Source: an uncultured Gammaproteobacteria bacterium (GTDB lineage: Bacteria; Patescibacteriota; Microgenomatia; UBA12405; JAHJSD01). Taken from it: a stretch of 24,000 nucleotides of DNA. Positions within the stretch are counted from its first letter, which is position 1. Each line of letters begins with the position of its first letter. Positions 7,119-13,253 of the stretch are shown here, one piece after another. A model generated the notes under the pieces. It ran no database searches and was not told the origin of the DNA. It was given only the letters and a program-made list of their open reading frames with translations. Position numbers and translations under genes: made by a program. Location of the stretch: contig CAYXSV010000006.1 in NCBI GenBank assembly GCA_964468355.1, positions 5,452-29,451 on the forward strand. Direction: 5' to 3'.

Positions 7119-8534
7119 ATGCCGAAAAAGTTTTATATAACTACTCCTATTTATTATGTAAACGATGTGCCGCATATTGGGCATACCTGCACGACTATTG
7201 CCGCTGATATTACGGCCAGATACCATCGATTAAAAGATGATAACGTCTTTTTTCTTACCGGCACTGATGAACACGGGGCAAAGGTTGCTGAAGCAGCCAA
7301 AAAAAAAGGGTTGACTCCTCAAGAATTTTGTAATCAAATTTCGCCGCGGTTTCAAAAAACATGGCAAAGTTTAAATATCAGCAACGATTTTTTTATCAGA
7401 ACAACTGATCCTAGACATGAAAAAATAGTCAGAGAAATTTTCCAAAAATTATATGACCAAGGTGACTTATACAAATCCAAATATGAAGGCCTTTACTGTA
7501 TCGGCTGTGAAAAATTTTTAACGGAATCGGATATTGAAAACGGCCGATGTCCACTTCATCCTCCCCGCCAAACGGTAAAACAAAAGGAAGAAAATTGGTT
7601 TTTTCGGCTTTCTAAATATGTTCCCCAATTAATTAAACTGATAGAAAATAATAAAACAAATTACATTTTTCCGGAAGGTAAGCGGAGTGAGGTTCTAGCA
7701 AAACTAAAAAACGGGGTTCATGACATTTCATTCACTAGAGCAAAAGTTGATTGGGGTATTCCTGTACCCTGGGATAAATCACAAACAATTTATGTTTGGG
7801 TTGATGCTTTAATTAATTATTACAGCGCAACTCAATTTTTAAAAAACAAGAACAGTTTTTGGCCGGCTGATATACACGTTTTAGGTAAAGAAATTCTTTG
7901 GTTTCACACCGTTATTTGGCCGGCAATGCTTTTATCAATAAATCTACCTCTGCCAAAAAAAACATTTGTTCACAGTTTCTATATTATGAAAAATAAAAAA
8001 ATGTCAAAATCACTTGGAAATTTAATTACCCCTGAGGAGTTAGTGGAAAGGTTTGGTATCGACGGAACACGTTATTTAATTGCCTCATCGTTTCCAGCCC
8101 ATAACGATACTAATATAAGCATCAATCGATACATTAAAAAATATAATGCTGATCTCGCCAACAACTTAGGTAATCTTGTTTCCAGAACAGCAAAACTCTG
8201 TGAAAAAAACAACATATCCTTTAATCAAGAACCAAAAACCAAATTTTTTAACCAGTTTAACAAAGCAATAAATAAATTTAATTTACCAGCGGCTTTAAAT
8301 ATTATTTGGAACGAATCTGCTCAAAGTATCTCATCTACCAATCAATTATTCACCAAAAAGAGAATTTGGGAATTAAACTCCGAAAATAAGAAAAAAGAAC
8401 TTAAAAAGATTATTAAAAATCTACATAATATCTCTTTTAATCTTAAACCTTTTATGCCTCAAACAGCTGATAAAATTGCTGAAACGTTTAGTGGCAAAAT
8501 AACTGCACCAAAGCCGCTATTTCCCAGAATATAA
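7119..8534 (+). CDS. metG: Methionyl-tRNA synthetase (short form, no C-terminal appended domain)
   Basis: HIGH-type motif (VNDVPHIGHTCT), KMSKS motif (KMSKSLGN) and a zinc-knuckle insert (CIGCEK...GRCPLH). The ATG at 7119 follows the rpsT TAA directly. The ORF-track start at 7089 would overlap rpsT by 29 nt. Confidence 0.95.
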   Translation: MPKKFYITTPIYYVNDVPHIGHTCTTIAADITARYHRLKDDNVFFLTGTDEHGAKVAEAAKKKGLTPQEFCNQISPRFQKTWQSLNISNDFFIRTTDPRHEKIVREIFQKLYDQGDLYKSKYEGLYCIGCEKFLTESDIENGRCPLHPPRQTVKQKEENWFFRLSKYVPQLIKLIENNKTNYIFPEGKRSEVLAKLKNGVHDISFTRAKVDWGIPVPWDKSQTIYVWVDALINYYSATQFLKNKNSFWPADIHVLGKEILWFHTVIWPAMLLSINLPLPKKTFVHSFYIMKNKKMSKSLGNLITPEELVERFGIDGTRYLIASSFPAHNDTNISINRYIKKYNADLANNLGNLVSRTAKLCEKNNISFNQEPKTKFFNQFNKAINKFNLPAALNIIWNESAQSISSTNQLFTKKRIWELNSENKKKELKKIIKNLHNISFNLKPFMPQTADKIAETFSGKITAPKPLFPRI

Positions 8535-8564
8535 CTTTGTACGTACAATCCTAAAATTTAATAA

Positions 8565-8573
8565 TGATAAAAT
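8565..8573 (+). promoter_or_regulatory. Candidate extended -10 element upstream of the GT2 gene
   Basis: TGATAAAAT lies 10 nt upstream of the ATG at 8584 and is the same 9-mer as upstream of rpsT. No good -35 is visible. Confidence 0.25.
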
Positions 8574-8583
8574 ATAAATAGAT

Positions 8584-10080
8584 ATGAATAAGAAAACTAA
8601 ATTTTATCGTTTTTTGGAAATGATACCCGGCTTGCTTACTTGGAATATTATCTTTTTCTTATTTTGGGGTTCCCTTTTAATTCCCAGGGTTGTCGCCTAC
8701 TTTGTTATCGCGTTCTTAATTTTCTGGCTTTATCAATCATTTAAAGCAGCAATTCTTGGTATCCGCGGTTATTTAAAAATAAATCAATCAAAAAAAATCA
8801 ATTGGCAAAAGAAATATCACTCAGAAAAAGAAAAAGATTGGCTTCAGTGGAAAGAAATTAAACACGTCGTTATTATTCCTAATTATGATGAAAGTGTGAA
8901 AACAATCTCTAAAAACCTTCAATCTTTAGCCAACCAAGCTAATATTGAAACAAAAGAAAAACTAATTGTTGTTTTAGCAATGGAAAAAAGGGCTAAAGAC
9001 CACAAGGAAAGAGCTGAAAAACTAATTTCATTGTTTAAAGATAACTTTTATCAATTGTTTGCAACTTACCATCCACCGGATATAGCCGGTGAAATAAAAG
9101 GTAAAGCTTCAAATGAGGCCTGGGCCGCAAAAGAAACCAAAAAAAAGCTTGTCAATAATCAAAATTTTGATATTAACAAGTTAACATTAACAACTTGTGA
9201 TGCCGACGCACAATTTGACTCTAATTATTTTTCCGCCTTAACCTATAAATTCTGCCAATCAAAAAATCGATATTACCAATTTTGGCAAGGACCAATTTTT
9301 TGGCATAATAACCTAAACCAAGTCCCGGCTCCAATTAGAATAGTCGGAATAATCAGCAATATTATTTATCTGGCTCATCTTCAAGAACCAGACGGTCTTT
9401 TTTTTAACCACTCCGGGTATTCTCTCAGCTTCAAACTTATACATAACGTTGGCTATTGGGATACAAACATAATTCCTGAAGATTGGCATATTTTTTTACA
9501 AGCATTTTTCTTTACTAAGGGAAAATCAACTGTTAAACCAATCTTCGCCCCAATAAGTATTGACGCGCCTGAAGGAAAAAGTTATTGGATGGCACTAAAA
9601 AATCGATATCTACAATGTCAACGCCACGCCTGGGGGGCAACCGACATTCCATACGCAATACAACAAACTATTGTTCATAAAGACATACCTCTTTCAGTTA
9701 GACTTTTACGAACTTATAAATTAATGCAAACTCACATTCTTTGGGTAACAAACTGGTTTATTTTAACACTTGGGGCCACTTTACCACCTTTACTAAATCC
9801 GAAATTTTTCCAAACTTCGTTAGGGTATAACCTTCCCAAGTTTTCACAAATTATTTTAACCATTTGTTTGGTTGCTCTGGCAATAACCATTCTTCTTGAT
9901 TGGAAGCTTCAACCTAAAAAGGACAAAAACCTTACCTTGCCACGAAAAGCTCTTTATCTATTACAATGGATTTTAATGCCGGTTGCAACTCTTTTTATGT
10001 CTGTTTTACCCGGTCTAGATGCACAAACAAAACTCTTATTTGGAAAAAGGTTGGAATATTGGGTAACCAAAAAATATTAA
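8584..10080 (+). CDS. Membrane-embedded family 2-like glycosyltransferase (processive synthase-like architecture)
   Basis: 498 aa with two N-terminal TMs. The cytoplasmic domain has VVIIPNYDES, TCDADAQFD (DxD-like) and a QRHAWGATD motif resembling Q(R/Q)xRW. About 4 C-terminal TMs follow. Confidence 0.7.
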   Translation: MNKKTKFYRFLEMIPGLLTWNIIFFLFWGSLLIPRVVAYFVIAFLIFWLYQSFKAAILGIRGYLKINQSKKINWQKKYHSEKEKDWLQWKEIKHVVIIPNYDESVKTISKNLQSLANQANIETKEKLIVVLAMEKRAKDHKERAEKLISLFKDNFYQLFATYHPPDIAGEIKGKASNEAWAAKETKKKLVNNQNFDINKLTLTTCDADAQFDSNYFSALTYKFCQSKNRYYQFWQGPIFWHNNLNQVPAPIRIVGIISNIIYLAHLQEPDGLFFNHSGYSLSFKLIHNVGYWDTNIIPEDWHIFLQAFFFTKGKSTVKPIFAPISIDAPEGKSYWMALKNRYLQCQRHAWGATDIPYAIQQTIVHKDIPLSVRLLRTYKLMQTHILWVTNWFILTLGATLPPLLNPKFFQTSLGYNLPKFSQIILTICLVALAITILLDWKLQPKKDKNLTLPRKALYLLQWILMPVATLFMSVLPGLDAQTKLLFGKRLEYWVTKKY

Positions 10081-10458
10081 ATGACGGAAAAAAAACGGCT
10101 TAATCTCTTAACGAATATTGGCCATCTCTGGTTAAATAAAAATATTTTTAGAGCCCTGCTACTATCTATAATATTAATTATTATTCAATTAATAATTATT
10201 ATTGTCTTCTTTACTAAATTTCCACCAAAAGTACCTTTGTTTTATTCTAAACCTTGGGGACAACCCCAGCTTACCTCTCCGGTTAACCTGCTGCTTTTAC
10301 CTGGTTTTTCTTCAGCAACATTTATTTTAAATTCGTTTTTGGCCTCTTTATTTATCGAAAATAAAAAGTTTTACAGTTATTGTCTCAGCTGGGTAAGCGC
10401 TATTTTTGCATTTTTTTCTTTGGTAACCCTAGTTAAAATTGTCTTAATAATTTTTTAG
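10081..10458 (+). CDS. Small polytopic membrane protein, function unknown
   Basis: 125-aa ORF whose ATG follows the GT2 TAA immediately, and its own TAG is followed immediately by the next ATG. It has 3 hydrophobic segments. Its position suggests translational coupling within the envelope operon. Confidence 0.6.
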   Translation: MTEKKRLNLLTNIGHLWLNKNIFRALLLSIILIIIQLIIIIVFFTKFPPKVPLFYSKPWGQPQLTSPVNLLLLPGFSSATFILNSFLASLFIENKKFYSYCLSWVSAIFAFFSLVTLVKIVLIIF

Positions 10459-11505
10459 ATGAAACATATACTTTTTCCGGCACTTTTTTCATTAGTAATT
10501 TCAGCCGCAACTACACCTTTAACCATCTGGTTTTTTAAAAAAAATAATTGGCTCGAAGACCCTCAAAAAGAAAAAAGGAAAAATATTACTCATCAAAAAC
10601 CAATACCTAGAGGAGGAGGGATCAGCTGTTTTATTGCTATTTTTTTAACCAGCATGGTCTTTCTTTCCCCTGATCCTCACCTAAAAGCAATTTTAGCCGC
10701 TTCTCTTTTAACCGTAATTGTCGGGTTTTTTGACGATATTTTTAATCTTAACCCCTATCTGCGCTTATTAACCAATGCACTAACAGCAATGATAATTATC
10801 TCCTCCGGTGTAAAAATTAATTTTATTACCAATCCACTTGGCGGGATTATAAATTTAAATTTTAATATTGGCCCAATTAATATTGCCGGTTTAATTAGTT
10901 TAATTTGGATTTTATGGTGTATGAATGTCATCGGCTGGTCAGCCGGAATAGCCGGCCAACTGCCCGGTTTTATTTCTATCACCAGTTTAATCATCGGCAT
11001 ACTAAGTTTAAGATTTATTCAAGATATAACCCAATGGCCGGTAATTATTCTTGCCGGAGCTGTTTCCGGAGCATACTTGGGTTTTCTTCCTTACAACTTC
11101 CCTCCACAAAAAATTATGCCGGGCTACAGTGGAAAAAGCTTAGCTGGACTGCTTATTGCCGTTTTGGCTATTCTTTCAGGAGCTAAATTAGCAACGGTTA
11201 TTTTAACTCTCGGAATTCCTATGCTCGATGGGGGCTGGGCAATAATTAGAAGGATCTCAAAAGGCAAAGCGCCGGTATGGGGAGACGCTCAACATTTACA
11301 CCATTTGTTTTTAAAAGCCGGCTTTTCTAAACCGGCAACTGCAATCATTTACTGGCTTTTCTCTGCTGGGTTAGGAACATTAGTACTTCAACTAAATAGC
11401 CGGCAGAAAGTTTGGACTTTTTTAATGGTCGGAGTAGGTTTTATATTTCTAATTATCTATCTTAAAAAGCTGATCAAGAAGAATCATTCTGACTTTTCCG
11501 CGTAA
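10459..11505 (+). CDS. Polyprenyl-phosphate N-acetylhexosamine-1-phosphate transferase family protein (MraY/WecA, glycosyltransferase family 4), divergent
   Basis: 348 aa and polytopic. Family motifs present: PRGGG, GFFDDIFNL (DD Mg site) and PMLDGGWAIIRR...GDAQHLHHLFL. The NxxNxxDGxDGL motif is degenerate (NVIGWSAGIAGQ). Confidence 0.75.
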   Translation: MKHILFPALFSLVISAATTPLTIWFFKKNNWLEDPQKEKRKNITHQKPIPRGGGISCFIAIFLTSMVFLSPDPHLKAILAASLLTVIVGFFDDIFNLNPYLRLLTNALTAMIIISSGVKINFITNPLGGIINLNFNIGPINIAGLISLIWILWCMNVIGWSAGIAGQLPGFISITSLIIGILSLRFIQDITQWPVIILAGAVSGAYLGFLPYNFPPQKIMPGYSGKSLAGLLIAVLAILSGAKLATVILTLGIPMLDGGWAIIRRISKGKAPVWGDAQHLHHLFLKAGFSKPATAIIYWLFSAGLGTLVLQLNSRQKVWTFLMVGVGFIFLIIYLKKLIKKNHSDFSA

Positions 11506-12311
11506 TCGTTGGAAACCCAACCCTCTTCGCCTTCCTCGTATTCTATTTTGTACCAACCGGAATCTTCCTCTAAAAAGTTGAATTTTTCACCCGGCTCAAC
11601 TCTGCCTACCTCCTCATAACTGGTACCAGGCCCGCCTCTTACCCTTAACCAGCCAGTCGGTGTTTCGTTAATCAAAACTTGTGGAATAACCACCTCTGTT
11701 TCATTTGGAGTCGGAGTTAACTGATCAGTTAATCCTTCCTCTTGTTTAACCAATTCCACTTCAGCTACTAATCGATATCCTTTAAGCGTACGCGCCATTA
11801 TTTCAACTTCTTTATAACCCGGCGCGGAAATTGAAATCCGATGTTCTCCTTCACCGACATCCTCTAAATTTAATGGTGTAAATCCCTGCATTTGATTATC
11901 AACGCTTACCGAACACTCATCCGGCTTACAATTAATCATTAAACCGGCTTTATCGCGAGAAGCAATTTTTTCAAGATATATTAATCTTCCTCCGGTAAGT
12001 TCTGGGTTGCTGTTAAATTCCCTGCTGACAAAAGTTTGTGTATTCGGGTTAAGGATCAATTTTTTTTTCCAGACCTGATCAATTTCTTTCTGTTCAGGTA
12101 CCAAACGAATATCAACTTCACCTGCTTCAATATTATCGTTCTCATAAGGAGTTGATCCTGCCTCACGCCCGTCAATATAAACTGTTGCTGACGGGTAAGC
12201 ATCCAAAGAGATTGCCGCTTTTTTTGCACCAAGGTCACCGGTGAAAATAAAAACAATTAAGCCGATTACCCCGACTACGCCAACTAATACCAATAATCCC
12301 TTTTTTGTCAT
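11484..12311 (-). CDS. Membrane-anchored PEGA-domain protein with a C-terminal bacterial SH3 domain
   Basis: 275 aa with an N-terminal TM. Two PEGA-like repeats are present (VYIDGREAGSTPYEN...; VSVDNQMQGFTPLNLEDVGEGEHRISISAPGYKEVE). The C-terminal SH3b-like segment is GWLRVRGGPGTSYEEVGRVEPGEKFNFLEEDSGWYKIEYEEGEEGWVSNDY. Confidence 0.8.
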   Translation of the reverse strand: MTKKGLLVLVGVVGVIGLIVFIFTGDLGAKKAAISLDAYPSATVYIDGREAGSTPYENDNIEAGEVDIRLVPEQKEIDQVWKKKLILNPNTQTFVSREFNSNPELTGGRLIYLEKIASRDKAGLMINCKPDECSVSVDNQMQGFTPLNLEDVGEGEHRISISAPGYKEVEIMARTLKGYRLVAEVELVKQEEGLTDQLTPTPNETEVVIPQVLINETPTGWLRVRGGPGTSYEEVGRVEPGEKFNFLEEDSGWYKIEYEEGEEGWVSNDYAEKSE

Positions 12312-12346
12312 TTTATTACCTGGGGAGCCAAATTCTCCCTGTTATT

Positions 12347-12355
12347 AATATACCA
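12347..12355 (-). promoter_or_regulatory. Candidate extended -10 for the PEGA/SH3 gene
   Basis: The minus strand reads TGGTATATT, followed by a 35-nt leader that contains a GGGAG(7 nt)CTCCC hairpin. Confidence 0.25.
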
Positions 12356-12369
12356 AATATTATCCGTAA

Positions 12370-12393
12370 GGACAATCCTAGGATTGTCCCTAC
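12370..12393 (-). repeat. REP-like element: GTAG tetranucleotide abutting a perfect 20-bp palindrome
   Basis: The minus strand reads GTAG-GGACAATCC-TA-GGATTGTCC. The palindrome spans 12370-12389 and the GTAG is at 12393-12390. It lies 18 nt downstream of the RayT-like stop codon. Confidence 0.5.
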
Positions 12394-12410
12394 AATTACA
12401 TGAATGACTA

Positions 12411-12977
12411 CTAACTATCAGGATTATTTCTATCAATGGACCAATTAATCGGATTATTAGAAATATATGTGCGAATTTTATATAGTGATTTTTCATTACG
12501 GATAATGTGGTCATAAAATGACCGTTGCCATAATTTCCCCTCAAACGGTTTCCATCTACTATTTTTTACCTTGCTGATATATCTATTAGTCGTCATTGTT
12601 TTAAACCACTGAATTACTTTAGACAAATTAAAATCATCTTTTTGAGGACAGACACACTGGTCTGTCCCTACATTTTTTTTATTTGTAGGGGCGGACCAAT
12701 GTGTCCGCCCTGATTCAGGTGAATAAATCACTATTGCGTGAATATGGTTTGGCATTATTTGGTAACAATCAATTTTTGTGCCGTAAAAACGTTCGGGCAC
12801 CTTCAGCCACCATGTCCGAATCATTTCTCCAACTTCATTCAATCTTACTTTTCCATTTTCAATTTTCCCAAACCAACACTGTAGTTTAAACGTACAAATC
12901 GTAATATAATACCAGCCGGGCGCAGAATAATCGTAATCAGGTAACCGGTTTCTTTTTCTTGGAGATGAAATTACCAT
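12411..12977 (-). mobile_element. RayT / IS200-like HUH Y1 transposase (COG1943 family)
   Basis: 188-aa ORF with an HUH motif in IMPNHIHAIV and the catalytic Tyr region KLWQRSFYDHIIRNE. The conserved IQWFKTMTTNRYI helix is present. No second IS605-type orfB and no obvious terminal repeats are seen, consistent with a domesticated, REP-associated single-gene form. Confidence 0.85.
12646..12710. repeat. REPIN-like doublet of two GTAG-hairpins in inverted orientation, embedded in frame in the RayT-like CDS
   Basis: The plus strand reads GGACAGAC-acactg-GTCTGTCC-CTACA-ttttttttatt-TGTAG-GGGCGGAC-caatgt-GTCCGCCC. This gives two 8-bp stems with 6-nt loops. Each stem is abutted by GTAG on its own strand, and the two GTAG flanks can themselves pair (CCCTACA/TGTAGGG). 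Confidence 0.5.
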
Positions 12978-12998
12978 TAACTAATACTACAATATCAG

Positions 12999-13027
12999 TT
13001 GAAGGTGGATAAGAGTAATGTTAAAAT
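12999..13027 (+). promoter_or_regulatory. Candidate promoter for the tRNA-Val/tRNA-Ile pair
   Basis: TTGAAG (12999-13004), a 17-nt spacer, then extended -10 TGTTAAAAT (13019-13027). The tRNA begins 11 nt after the -10. Confidence 0.45.
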
Positions 13028-13037
13028 CTAATTTACG

Positions 13038-13111
13038 GGGCGGTTAGCTCAGTTGGCTAGAGCGTTTCTTTGACGTAGAAAAGGCCAGGGGTTCGAGTCC
13101 TCTACCGCCCA
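13038..13111 (+). tRNA. tRNA-Val (anticodon GAC)
   Basis: Hand-folded cloverleaf: acceptor GGGCGGT/ACCGCCC, D arm GCTC-AGTTGGCTA-GAGC, anticodon arm TTTCT-TTGACGT-AGAAA, T arm AGGGG-TTCGAGT-CCTCT, discriminator A. CCA is not encoded. Confidence 0.9.
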
Positions 13112-13174
13112 CCCACGTACCAGTACAAGCACGGTACATGGCGGGCTTGCCTCGCCGTAGTCACAGACGAAGGC

Positions 13175-13248
13175 GGGCCGTTAGCTCAGTCGGCTAGAGC
13201 GCTGTCCTGATAAGACAGAGGTCTCAGGTTCGAGTCCTGAACGGCCCA
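13175..13248 (+). tRNA. tRNA-Ile (anticodon GAU)
   Basis: Hand-folded cloverleaf: acceptor GGGCCGT/ACGGCCC, D arm GCTC-AGTCGGCTA-GAGC, anticodon arm CTGTC-CTGATAA-GACAG, T arm TCAGG-TTCGAGT-CCTGA, discriminator A. CCA is not encoded. Confidence 0.9.
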
Positions 13249-13253
13249 CATTA

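Noticed and set aside
8537-8548. TTGTACGTACAA 12-bp palindrome after metG as an intrinsic terminator
   Set aside because: It has a loop-less AT-rich 6-bp stem with no following T-tract. That is too weak to call a terminator, although it may overlap the -35 region of the next promoter.
12308-12544. 78-aa ORF spanning the RayT 3' end and the intergenic palindrome
   Set aside because: It overlaps the well-supported RayT-like CDS out of frame and reads through the REP-like palindrome and the PEGA promoter region. It has no motifs. It is likely spurious.
13133-13142. Shared 10-mer GGTACATGGC (also at 23330-23339), with a nearby shared CAGTAC, between the tRNA spacer and the 23.3-kb intergenic element
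   Set aside because: Exact 10-mer matches are expected many times by chance in a 24-kb window searched on both strands, and the flanks align only loosely. This is not enough to call a repeat family without genome-wide counts.
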